Shown here piece by piece: positions 37,942 through 49,670 of a stretch of DNA of 64,000 nucleotides. A program made the translations under genes and the position numbers. The stretch lies in the NCBI GenBank assembly GCA_013265495.1, contig MU057936.1:261195-325194 (forward strand), read 5' to 3'. The notes under the pieces are model-generated. The model did no database searches, had not been told where the DNA came from, and was given only the letters and a program-made list of their open reading frames with translations. Positions within the stretch are counted from its first letter, which is position 1, and each line of letters begins with the position of its first letter. The stretch is from Vicugna vicugna (Eukaryota).

Positions 37942-38229
37942 TTAGGCTGTTACTGAGAAACAATAAATATTGACACTTGCATAATTTAATAAACTAAAAT
38001 ATTTCAGCTACAGTTGAAGACTCCATTTATTTAATCCTAGCCCAATCTCATTTTTCACTTCTTCCCCAGAGGCAACCACTATGATGAATTATAGACGATG
38101 TTTTTTCCCCTATATTTTTACCATACACATGCACTCACAGATACCAGGGCCCCGAACTATCCATCTCAACTACCCCCCAACCCCCACATAACCACACTGT
38201 GTATAAGAGGAAAGCAGAGGTTTTCTAAG

Positions 38230-38382
38230 GACAACATGCATATTCTGCATAAGGGACCACAGAAAGTCACTCTTATCTATAGGGAAGCCAGCCTAAGGCT
38301 CAGTTTCCCTCATCACTGAAACCCAGGGTGAGCTTGTCAAAGAAGTACCCTGCCATGCCGGCTTCTGGGGTCCCCATCTTGC
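38230..38382 (-). pseudogene. Ferritin heavy-chain-like remnant 2 (last 26 codons + stop + proximal 3' UTR)
   Basis: 38380->38300 reads KMGTPEAGMAGYFFDKLTLGFSDEGN*, aligning to [25 protein letters not shown] of the 40140 copy, and is followed by an FTH-like UTR (GCCTTAGGCTGGCTTCCCTATAG...GTGACTTT...TGCATGTTG). Confidence 0.85.
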
Positions 38383-38413
38383 TACCCAGAATTAACCATT
38401 AACATTTCAAGTA

Positions 38414-39618
38414 GGTCTTCTGCCCATTTTTGGACTGGGTTGTTTATGTTTTTCTTATTAAGTCATATGAGCTGCTTATACATTCTGGAGATCAAGCCTT
38501 TGTCAGTTTCATTTGCAAAAATTTTCTCCCATTCCGTAGGTTGTCTTTTTGTTTTACTTCTGGTTTCCTTTGCTGTGCAGAAGCTTGTAAGTTTCATTAG
38601 GTCCCATTTGTTTATTCTTGCTTTTATTTCTATTGCTTGAGTAGACTGTTCTAGGAGAACATTTTTGAGATGTATGTCAGATAATGTTTTGCCTATATTT
38701 TAGCAATTCTCCAAGGAAGACATACAAATGATCAATAGGCACATGAAAAAAATGCTCAATATCACTAATTATCAGAGAAATGCAAATCAAAACTACAATG
38801 AGGTATCACCTCACACCAGTCAGAATGGCCGTCATTCAAAAGCCCACAAATGACAAACGCTGGAGAGGCTGTGGAGAAAAGGGAACCCTCCTACACTGCT
38901 GGTGGGAATGCAGTTTGGTACAGCCACTGTGGAAAACAGTGTGGAGATTGCTCAAAAGACTAGGAATAGACTTACCATATGACCCAGGAATCCCGCTCCT
39001 GGGCATATAGCCAGAAGGGAATCTACTTCAGGATGACACCTGCACCCCAATGTTCATAGCAGCACTATTTACAATAGCCAAGATATGGAAGCAGCCTAAA
39101 TGTCCATCAACAGATGACTGGATAAAGAAGAGGTGGTAAATTTATACAATGGAATACTATTCAGCCATAAAAACCGACAACATAATGCCATTTGCAGCAA
39201 CATGGATGCTCCTGGAGAATGTCATTCTAAGTGAAGTAAGCCAGAAAGAGAAAGAAAAATACCATGAGATCGCTCATATGTGGAATCTAAAAAACAAACA
39301 AACAAAACATAAATACAAAACAGAAGTAGACTCATAGACAGAATACAAACTTGTGGTTGCCAAGGGGGTGGGGGGTGGGAAGGGACAGAATGGGATTTCA
39401 AAATTTGTAGATACTGACAGGCATACGCAGAATAGATAAACAAGATTACACTGTATAGCACAGGGAAATATATACAAGATCTTATGGTAGCTCACAGAGA
39501 AAAAAATGTGACAATGAATATATATATGTTCATGTATAATTGAAAAATTGTGCTCTACACTGGAATTTGACACAACATTGTAAAATGATTATAAATCAAT
39601 AAAAAATGTTAAAAAAAA
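38414..39618 (+). mobile_element. Young 5'-inverted (twin-primed) L1 with 13-bp TSD
   Basis: TSD AACATTTCAAGTA at 38401-38413 and 39619-39631. Inverted part 38414-38700, sense part 38702 to poly(A). Confidence 0.95.
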
Positions 39619-39977
39619 AACATTTCAAGTAAAGTGAAAGCCCCGTCACTTTAACCCCTTCAACCCCTGCCCAATCCCATTCACTCATCCTTTCCCCAGA
39701 TCAACCTCTATCATGATTTTCAGGCCATGTTTTTATACTTTATGCACAGGGACCCACATTCACCAGGGCCCCACCTCCCCCTCCCCCTAATAAACCCACG
39801 TTGTTCATTAAGGGAAGACTGATTGTGTTTTCCAGGGTCCCATGCAGTACCTTCTCCCTCCATCCATGGAGACCCCGAGCTGCATGTGGACGGGGCATGG
39901 GTGGGTGGAGAGACTCCTGGATACTTGTTTTCAACTTACAAAGTGAGAGATGTGCACACGCGAATCAACCGGAGACC

Positions 39978-40007
39978 TTTATTTATTTAAGAACCAATAA
40001 CTTTATT
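39978..40007 (-). terminator. Polyadenylation signals of the ferritin-like copy
   Basis: AATAAA on the - strand at 40002-40007, 39982-39987 and 39978-39983, after an FTH-like 3' UTR. Confidence 0.7.
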
Positions 40008-40079
40008 GGAAGGAATGATAACATTGAAAGAAGAAAAACTTAATTTTTTTTTTTTTGCAAGGGCAATATTGCTGTATGC

Positions 40080-40920
40080 ATGCCAGGCAGGGGGACCTCG
40101 GGAAGTCACCCCGTGACCACGGGGAACTCCAGTCCAGGCTCAGTTCTTGTCACTGTCGCCCAGGGTGAGCTTGTCGAAGACGTACTCTGCCATGCCGACT
40201 TTCAGGGTTCCCATCTTGCACAGGGTGGTGATGTGGTCCCCCAGCTCCTTGATGAACTTGACCTGCTGGTTCAGGCAGTGGCTCTGCAGGAAGTGGCACA
40301 GGTGGGCGTCGCTCTTGTCGCTGGCCAGCTGGTGCAGGTCGAGCAGGCTCTGGTTGACGCGCTTCTCTAGGAGCAAGGCGCACTGCACGGCCCGGAGGCC
40401 GCTCTCCCAGGCGTCGCGGTCTGGCTCCCTGATGTCGTGGAAGCAGAGGCGGCCCCCGCGCTGGTTCTGCAGGCGCATCAGGCTGTCGGCCCGCTCCTCC
40501 AGGTGCCGCAAGCGCCGCAGGAAGAAGCTGGCCAAGTGCTTCAAGGCCACGTCGTCGCGGTCGAAGTAGAAGGCCATGGCCAGGCACACGTAGGAGGCGT
40601 GGAGCTCCAGGGTGACGGGGCTGTTGGTGGCGGCCTGGCAGTCGCGGGTGTCATGGCTCGCGGCGTGGGCGTCAAGGCCAGGACGAAGGCAGCGCGGAAG
40701 CGGAGGACCCAGAGTGGGCGATGAGGGTGGCCGGAGGCAGTTGACTCAGGTCAGGGCGGCAGCTCTGGGATGGACCGGAATGTGGTTCCGTTACCCGGGT
40801 TGGGGAGCGGGGTGAGGTTCCGATTCTTTTACAGCAGGGAGGGGGGCCGGGGTGGTGGGGGAATGAGGGTGGGGCACGAGCGCTGTGTCCCAGGTTCCAT
40901 CAAAGTCTGGGTGAGGCGTG
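40080..40920 (-). promoter_or_regulatory. CpG island covering the ferritin-like copy and its putative promoter
   Basis: High GC and CpG density against an AT-rich background. TGACTCA at 40742-40748; MYB-type CAGTTG at 40738-40743 and CCGTTA at 40788-40793. Confidence 0.55.
40140..40654 (-). pseudogene. Intronless ferritin heavy chain-like (FTHL17-family) copy nested in the PRRG1 intron; original start codon frameshifted
   Basis: Open ferritin frame [36 protein letters not shown]...LQNQRGGR...[13 protein letters not shown]...[12 protein letters not shown]. The GCCATG at 40654 is out of frame: 11 nt instead of about 45 nt precede the D codon, and SQVRQNY is missing. An in-frame GCCATGG lies at 40577. 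Confidence 0.88.
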
Positions 40921-41114
40921 GAGACTGAGCTGAGCAGCTGGCATCTATTAAAGTTTAAATTTTGCCTTGTTATTTCTATTTTCCAAGGACTTTCTCTTGT
41001 TCTCCAATTGCTCCCTTTCACAGCACCCTGTTCTTATTTTATAAACCAACTGTCTGTTTAAATTCTGAAAATATGAATTTGAATTTTTTGGTAAAGTTCT
41101 CTTGTGTTTCCTAT

Positions 41115-41165
41115 TTTTTTTAACTTTTTTTTATTGAGTAATAGTCATTTTACAATGTTGTGTTC
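41115..41165 (-). mobile_element. 51-bp extremely truncated L1 3' end with 10-bp TSD
   Basis: TSD TGTTTCCTAT at 41105-41114 and 41166-41175. The insert matches the L1 terminus seen at ~27075-27110 and ~39570-39615. Confidence 0.8.
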
Positions 41166-42069
41166 TGTTTCCTATATTATATTTACTTATTTTCTCCACA
41201 AATAGTTATGTTTGTTCCTCAAGATCTTCTCATTTACTTTCCTTAAACATTTGGCAAACCTTTGTTCATTTATACTTAGGAATAAAGGACTCATTCGCTT
41301 AGTCTCGGTAATTAGCATGGATCCGGTCTAGAGCTGCGCCGCCTGTTACACTAATAGGCTTCTCCTCAGAATGGGTGGGCAGAGTGTGTCTTATTTGGGA
41401 GTCTCTCCTTTGGAGGTACATGGCATGATGCAGGTAGCTTTATTCTGTTGCCGAAATAAAGATGATATTTCCGACATTGTAAGAGGAATGTTTTCCCCTT
41501 CAAGGTAGTTGTGTCGCTGTTTGCCGGCTGTGCAGGTCTGCAGTTGTCTTAAACTCATTCACTTTCTTGGAGTGTAGTTTGTGGAGATTAAATGTGGTCA
41601 AAAGGTGCAGGTGCTTATGCCCAATTTAAGGAGGGGTGGGGGAGGCTCAGGGCAGGGCAAGACAGATGTGCTGTTCCCAGAGTAGCTCTTTCACCTCACA
41701 GTTGACCTAGTGCTTTTGCTGACTGTTCTTGAAGTGTGTCTGAATGTGCTCAGTTTTCCAGTGCAGATGTTTCAAGTTCTCTGAATTAACCAATTTGATC
41801 GCTTCTGCTTTTCCTATCTTCCAAGAATTCCTCTTATTTCTGGTGTGCTAATGATACCCTTTGGGGTGTGTGTGTGTAAATGTTTTCGGTGTGTTTAACC
41901 ACTACCATGATCCAATTACCATTTAAAAAATTTCTGAAAATGTAAGTAATTTTCTGAATAGGTAATATAGTCACATGATTCAAAGCCACACTAGTCTCCT
42001 CTCTGCAGGCAACTAGTATGGTCTTATTTCTTATAAATTAGGAGAAAGAGGGAAAAGAGGAAGAAATAA

Positions 42070-42680
42070 TACTTATGAGACAGAAGAGAAGAAACTTTAG
42101 AAGCACATTCTTCTCAAATATGCATAAAATATTTACCAAGATAAATCATATTCTGGGCCATAACCAAGTCTCAATAAATTTCAAAGAATTCCAATCATAC
42201 AAGATTAGAAAAGACAAAACATCTAAAATCAAAAATCTAACCTTCTCCATTAAGGAACTATAAAAGAAGACTGATAAATACCCAAATCAAGCAGAAGTCA
42301 GCAAATGATACAGAAAGGAAAATTCAGTGGAATAGAAAACAAACCAAAAAATAGAGAAAATAAAACTAAATAGATTCTTTAGGATTTAAAAATAAATCTC
42401 TAAACAGACTGATCAAAAAAAAAAGAGAGAAGACAAATTACTAATATCAAAATTGTAGAATAGATAAAGAAGATTACACTGTCTAGCACAGGGAAATATA
42501 CACAAAATGTTATGATAACTCACAGAGAAAAAAATGTGACAATGAGTGTGTATATGTCCATGAATGACTGAAAAATTGTGCTGAACACTGGAATTTGACA
42601 CATTGTAAAATGATTATAAATCAATAAAAAATGTTAAAAAAAAAAGAATGAGAGAGAAGACATGACTACAGATTATGAAA
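42070..42680 (+). mobile_element. Old L1 ORF2 fragment containing a ~200-bp young L1 3' end (42446-42645)
   Basis: Peptide FTKINHILGH. 42446-42645 is near-identical to ~35116-35316. Confidence 0.8.
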
Positions 42681-43434
42681 AGGGAACAATATTGCCATGA
42701 CTAGTCATGGCACTGACTAGACTAGACCAGAATCATGACTAGATTAATTATGATTCACCTCTAGCACCTGGGTATATTCTTACTCCCCAAATTGGGGTTC
42801 TCTTACCAAAGAAAGAGGTAAAATGGTTTTTAGATCAACAGTATCTGCCACATTTCTCTTCATTAGCAGCTTAGAATACATTAATTCAGGCAATTACTCT
42901 CTTTTCTCACCAAGAACGTCAGTCATAGGGCAGCCCATGACCAAATGCAGTGAGCACAGAATTTCTAGGATGATGGAAGTAATACAAGAGGTGGTAGAGT
43001 GGACACGCAAACAGAATGGCATGGACTGGAACAAAACATCTTTTTATGGTAAATTGAGGAGATTCTACAAACCCTAGTAGATAATTATTTATCTCTGTTT
43101 TGTCTAGAGTTTGCCCTGCATTTTAATATTTTAAAATAGAAAACAGCAAAATGGAACCGTTTTCAAGAGAAACTAGTACAAATTCCGAGTTTATGGGGAA
43201 TTATTATTCTTACTACTTTATCTCATTTGTTATTAGTATGCACCTGCATCTTTATAATGTAATCTGTCCTTCAAAGTAATAAAAATGAATCTCTACAGAA
43301 TTGAAAAGTTTCATTACCTTTATATAGAACTAACTCTTTATCATCTCTTCTACCTCTTCAGGCATTACTCTAGAATTTTAATGAAACTTCATCACTTTAC
43401 TTAGCTTTAAGACAGCTCCCTTAAAAATGATCTT

Positions 43435-43575
43435 GGGGGGGTAGATATAGCTCAAGTCGTAGAGTGCATGCTTAGCATGCATGAGGTCCTGGGTTCAATC
43501 CATTAAAAAAAAGATAATAAGTAGACCTTGTTACCTCCCCCTTGCAAATAAAAACAAACAAACAAAAAAAACCCT
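43435..43575 (+). mobile_element. Vic-1-type tRNA-Ala-derived SINE (camelid)
   Basis: A-box TAGCTCAAGTCGTAGAG, TGCATGCTTAGCATGCATGAGGTCCTGGGTTCAATCC B-box, TTACCTCCCCC and A-rich tail. Confidence 0.8.
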
Positions 43576-46500
43576 GTGGTTAAAAAAAGAGAAAAGAAGA
43601 TCTCACCATCAAACCAAACAAGTTCAAAACTGTCTAAGAATTCAGATAGCAGCAGGAAATCTCAGCCTATTTCTATTTTTTTTTCAGCCTACTTCTATAT
43701 TCCTTCCTACCTAGTCCTATTATATTACAAGTTCTATTAGGCTTTCTCCCTTTTCTTTTCTTCCTGCCTTGTGCTCCAAGTGTGTCAGCTACACAGTATG
43801 ATGCTCAAAAGTATCTGAGTAGACACAAAAGCCACAAGTTTCAATTACAGTCAGAAATCAGGTACATCATTGGTCTTTTGGGGACTCACAATATTGGTCT
43901 AAAGATGCAAAGACTATCACCCGCTTTGCCTGCTCTAAAGCATTTTAAAACAGTAAAAATAAAAATACAGCTAAGAGTATGAACCAACCACCAATTTTTC
44001 CATTTCAGTCATATCTGGGCTTGAATAAACATATTGTGACATGCCTTTACTGATGGCCTGGTAAGAACTGGCATAAGAAGCCCGGAGGTAAGTTGTTCCA
44101 CTGTAAAACCCTGGCATAACCATCCCCACTTAAATTAGGAGGGAATTGCGTTCAATGCAGAGGGAAGGAAGGGCAGGGACACCTGGGTCCTATCTCGGGC
44201 TGCACCACTCAGTATCTTGCTATGGGAAATTGAGCACCTTGACAACTCTGGGGCCGTTATTTCCTTATCTGTGAAATGAACAGCTTGACCCTTTTGGTTT
44301 TCATGGGCCCTATCAGTTATTAAAATGACCAGAGCCTATTCCACGAATCTTTCTTCAATAATAGAACGGAAAGAAAAATCACTCTTTAGTCTATTCATGA
44401 TGAGCAGTGATTGGTATCAAATAGTAGCTGTGGGAATGGGGTAATATGTCAATATTCAAATAATAATGTTATTTTAAGTTATGACATTAGTGCAACCTTC
44501 TGCAGCACACAATTCAAGAAAAGGCAGAGCCCTCTTCACTCTGCTGTTTGCTGGATGTGCAGGGGGGAACCAGATGCCCTGTTTCAGCTTGATGATACCT
44601 AAAACCTAGGGCCGACAATACAGGGCTATTGCAAAGTTCTAATTTCCTTTGTCACTGATTTTATTGTACCTTGAAAGTGGCTACTTATTTCTACAGTTGC
44701 TGATATTCCAACCATGAGAACCATGGTCAGAATACTTCTCCTAGGGGAACTGTGTCCTAACACTGGGGGAAAGAACTAGTTACAACCCCCAATATTAAAG
44801 AAATCAGTAACAGAAACTGATTTACAGTAGTGGCCCCACCCAGATGGGAATCTCTGGGGAGTGGGCAGGGGTGGTGACTAGTTGCTGTATTTTATCAAAT
44901 ATACCATGAATTGAAAAGTACACTTTTTAATGCATTAAGAAAAAACAAACATGCTTTCAACTAATCCATGACATGTCAGTGATTGAAAGCTGCACCTCAA
45001 TTTCAGGGAAGTTAAAATGTGAATAAATGATTACAGAATCAATGGAATATAGTAATAATTTACTGGATTTTGCCATCCACTTGCTTTATTTATCAAAGTA
45101 GCTACTTTTAAAAACTATTTATGCTTTTTGGTAATTTATTTGTGTAAAGATAGAAAACATTACTTTAAAAAATGGGTATTTTCTTTTGTATATTGTGTCA
45201 TTTTATAACACTTTAGCCTCATCCTAGAATGTGTGGTCCCTGACTTTTTTCTTCTTTTCTTTACTTTTTTGGAGAGAGAGGTCTATATTAGGCTAAGGAA
45301 TGTAATTCCTTGGGTAACAGGTAAACCCCTGTTCTCTGAGTTCATAGCTAACCTCCTAGCATGCTGTGGGAGACATGTGACATCGTCTTTCAAATGAAAC
45401 AGGTGCATTAAACATTTACCAAGCAAAGTTGCTGATTTAGGGTTCTACTGAAATCCCAATTTGAATGTGAAGATTTCATTCTCATCATTTCCACTGACTG
45501 AATGCAGCTCTGCTGGATAATGTGAGCCATTACTAACAATGACAGTACTGCCTAGCAAGCAGTCAACCAGCCCACAGTGGCAGCACCCTGGCTGACAGGG
45601 CCACCGGGATGGCCACTGTGCCTGCTAGGTCGGACTGTCATACTTTCATAGATTCAAAGTTACTGTTGAGACCTTAAGGCTCTGAACTGCAGAGGGGAGC
45701 TCCAAGAAAGCCAAATGTACCTGCAAATGCACCTTTCGTTCCCCAAATGCACATCTGCTTAAGCAAGGGGATGCCTGATGTGCCCCACTCCTGCCCACTG
45801 TGCCCATAGAAGGGCAGGGCCGATATGAGGAAAAGCAAGGCAGAAAACAGGGTCAGCAACAGAGCAGACTCCTTTCAAGGGTTAAAATGAGGGTGTAAGA
45901 ATTTCCCACAGGTTGGGTGCATAGTGTGGAAAGCATGAGCCATGATGCTGCTACTCTGCCCCAGAGGGCTGTGTGCCAGGCAGAGGGTCTTGACAATGAA
46001 GAAGTGGGGTGCATACCAGGACAGGAGCCAGCGGGGGAAGGGGGCAGAAGAGACCAGCACAGAGTCAGAGCTTATTCCTGAAACTATGTTGTTGGGGGGG
46101 CTTCTCCTAGGACTCCCTGAGCACTGTGCACCTCTCACCCAAGTTATAATTAGGCCCACCAAAGAGTGAGTGACAGCCAAGAAGGGGCTACAGCAATATC
46201 AGTTAAGTTAGAGACCTCTATCCGGTTCCCTTCCCTTCCCCCAGGTCCTCAACACACCAGGAGAGAAATGGGAAGCAGGAAGGGTTAAAGAGCAGATCAT
46301 GACCCTCTCCTCCCACCATGATCTTAAGGTCAAGGTCTAGTAGGAGCGGAAGGAGCAAAGGAGGAAAAGGTGAGCATAAAGCGAATCCAACACTAAAGTT
46401 CTAAGTGAAAGAGAGCGGATAAGAGTTTTTTGCCAAAAGGTGCCTAGAAAGGTATGAGATCTGCCTGTCTCTAAGGAGTAAGAGCTTAGACTATCAAATC

Positions 46501-48184
46501 AGAGTGGTTATACAAGGCAGGGTCTTTTCAAACACTTATGTAACCTTAAACTCCAGTACAATATCACCATGGAACCCTTGGGTATCCACCAGGTCCAGTA
46601 GAAGAACTCCTTCTATCAAATTAATTCTAACGAGGAGCACTGATGAGGTCTGAAATTCTACATGTGCCTTGAGTGTAATCATGGGTAAACAGCAGCAGAT
46701 CTGGACGTTAAACAGGGCATCGTGAACTAGATACTGCCGTCTAGGATATGCAGAATTATATTAAGTCTATGGTGCAGATGATCTACAAATGACAAAAAAA
46801 AAAAAAAGGACCCACCAGTCTCATCAGTACCCAGTCTCTGAGGGCAGGTCTGAAAAACATTAACTGGCATTGAGAGAGGAAATTGGCTGAGGTAACTTCA
46901 GGTCAAGGTCAACAGAGAAAGACCCACACTGGAGCAAGCCTACTACTATGGTAACATACAGGCTGAAAACCCTCCAAATTAAGTTACTCCCAGAACCTGA
47001 AATGAGTAACTGAGACTACATGGGATTTATAATCTACAAAAAAGCCCAACTGCCATAGAATAAAGTTCACCCCTTATTTAAAAACAACATTGACAAAATA
47101 ATCAACAGAAACTTACTTTAAATGATCACACAATGGACACAGTGATGTCTGCCTGCAGAAGTGAGACCTTCCTCATTTTTCCAGGAGCTCTAGTAGCTTC
47201 ATTCCACAAAACAACAGACTTTGGCCCTGTTTAACTTACTCTCAAGAGATCCCATTAGTAGTGAGGAAACCTGTGGGAGCCCCAGGAAACCAACCCCATG
47301 TGGCTGAAGGGAAACTTCGTATCTCGCACCTCCGAGAGGGTCGAGTCTAGGGCAGGGGTGGAAAGACTTGGATGGAAATGCATAGGCATGGCTGGGAGAC
47401 AGCCACAGCGATGCTCCTTGTTTGCCCCCTAATTGTCTATGCCCAGACTCAAGTCCCTGCCTCTCTTCCTTCCTGAATCTCCTCAGCCCTCAAAGGGCAA
47501 AATTCTGAATCAGTGGCTCAAGTGCCATCAGTGGATCATGAGTGGCTGAGTCAAATAGGAATTTCCCTAACAGTGCGGAAGCATCCGAGTTTCTGCCCAC
47601 AAGTGTGATGAGTAACCACCAGGGAACTAGTGACCAACTCTTCAATACCTCAGACACTGAGCACTTCCTGTTAATCACTATCTCCACCGACCAGTATCTG
47701 CATGCTACCTCCTGCCATGGCTCTGAATTTAGAGATTCCCAGTGTAGCTTTTGTAACATATCCTAGCATGAACGGGCACTGCGTCTATCTCTTTCTTCAA
47801 TTTCTCCTCTAACAATTTCCACACAAAAGAAATGAAAAGCAACACTTTGGAATGAGAGTTATTATCTTAAAAGGAATAAGCTAGACTTATATTAAAATTT
47901 CTGGACTCAGTTTCTAACTTGCAGACACAACTTGGGGGTGGAGCGGAGCATGGAGTACACAGGGCATTGGGCAGACCCAGACAGGACGGGCACCCACACC
48001 CCCAGAAACACTACCCACTGCAAAGCTTTCTGAGTATTCCAACTAAGCAGTTTCATTTAAACCATCTGCTTTACAATCTCACAGAATGTTATCTGCTGGT
48101 CGCCTACATTAGAGTCCCCAGGACTGCTCATTAAAGCAGGTTCCCTGGCCCCATGGAGATCTGTGGACCCTGGACTGTGCATTT

Positions 48185-49180
48185 TTAAAATAATTCTTTT
48201 ACTTTGGAATAATTTTAGGTTTACAGAAAAACTGCAAAGATAGTATAGAGCATTCTCCTGTACCCATCATCCAATATCCTCTAATGTCAGCACCTTACCT
48301 GAGGATGGTATACTTGTTATAAGTAATGAACCAATATTGATCCATTACTATTACCAATGGATTTGGACTTCACTAGTTTTCCCACCAATGACCTTTTTGT
48401 TCCAGAATCCAATCCATATTGCATTTAATCATCATGTATCTGTAGCTTCCTCTGTTTTGTGACAGTTTCTCAGTCTTTTCTTCTTTTTCATGACCTTCAC
48501 AGCTTTAAGGAGTCAGGTATTTTGTAGGATATATCTCAGTTTCGACGTCTTTGGTAATTTTCTCATGATTGGGGTTATGGGTTTAGGGGGAAAATAACAC
48601 AGAAGTGAAATCCCTTCTTGTACCATGATAAACACAATTTATCGCTGATGATGCTAACTTCAATCCCCCAGGCAAGGTAGTGTTTGATAGGTTTCTCCAC
48701 TCTAAGGTATTTCCCCCCACTTTCCACATTCTAGTCTTTGGAAGGATTTAAGTCCAAGCAACAATCAAGAGAGGCAGAGAATTAAGCTCTGCCTCCTGGA
48801 GAGTGGAGGGTTTACATACATATTTTGGAATTCTTGTGTACTATAGATTTGTCTCCTCGTGCCTATTTATTTTTTCATTTGTTTATATCATTATGGACTC
48901 ATGTATTTATTATACGCTTTGGGTTATAATCCAATACTACATCATTGATTTTGTTATTCAAATTGCTCTGGCTTTGGCCATTGGAGTTCCTTAAGGTTGG
49001 CTCCTTGGTCAGTTTGACATGCTCTCATTCTTTGTTTTTTTGAGTACTTCCTTACTTTCTGATGCTAGAATATGCTTCGGCTCATCTTGTATCCTCCCCT
49101 GCTCTAGCCCTAGAATCAGCCATTTACCCCAAAGAGTCCTGGTTTCTTTTACTGTGGAGTATTATTAGAAACTCAGATCT
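48185..49180 (-). mobile_element. Old L1 (L1MC-type) 3' end
   Basis: TTTGGAATAATTTTAGGTTTACAGAAAAACTGCAAAGATAGTATAGAG and CCCTAGAATCAGCCATTTACCCCAAAGAG motifs. Confidence 0.7.
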
Positions 49181-49484
49181 GGGCACTGAGTGGGACTATG
49201 CAGTTCTGATAAGCAACCAAGCTGATTCCTACACACTCTACAGTTTGAAGACAGCCATTTTGGGAAGTCAAGCACAAAAAAACTAGAAATAATCCTTCAA
49301 GAAAAGTTCTGAAATAGTTGCTTTAAAGAATTACTACCACTTTCTCCATGTTAGTTCAAGATTAAAAGTTCCAAAATACAAAGTACCCAAGGGGACTCAC
49401 AGAGAGGAAAAGATAGAAAACAATGGTAGAGAGCAAATAATGATTCCTAAAGTGGTTCTGACTCAGCACATGAAAACTACAATA

Positions 49485-49670
49485 AAACGTATTTATTGAA
49501 GACTTTCTCTGTGCAAGGTACTAAGTAGAAAGCTTCAAACCTAATGCTGCAGGTATAATTTCTCCTTTTTTAAAGATACAGAAATTGAGGCCTACAAAGG
49601 TGAAATGTTTGCACAAAGCAACACAGTCAGTAGGTGGCAGAGCTGAGACACCAAATCAGGTCCACGTGAT
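49485..49670 (+). mobile_element. MIR SINE
   Basis: TATTTATTGAAGACTTTCTCTGTGCAAGGTACT...AGAAATTGAGGCCTACAAAGGTGAAATGTTTGCACAAAG. Confidence 0.55.

Noticed and set aside
38300..38400. Ferritin remnant 2 as an alternative in-frame terminal exon of PRRG1 (Gla-ferritin fusion)
   Set aside because: The nearest AG (GGGTAG|CAAGATG) has a poor pyrimidine tract and puts the ferritin codons out of frame with the phase-0 Gla exon.
40080..40815. Several overlapping and antisense ORFs (40147-40569 +, 40150-40587 -, 40080-40370 +, 40437-40724 +)
   Set aside because: Shadow ORFs expected from the GC-rich codon usage of the ferritin-like sequence; no recognisable protein.
43435..43505. Possible tRNA-Ala gene
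   Set aside because: No acceptor-stem 3' half, and it is followed by a SINE body and A-rich tail.
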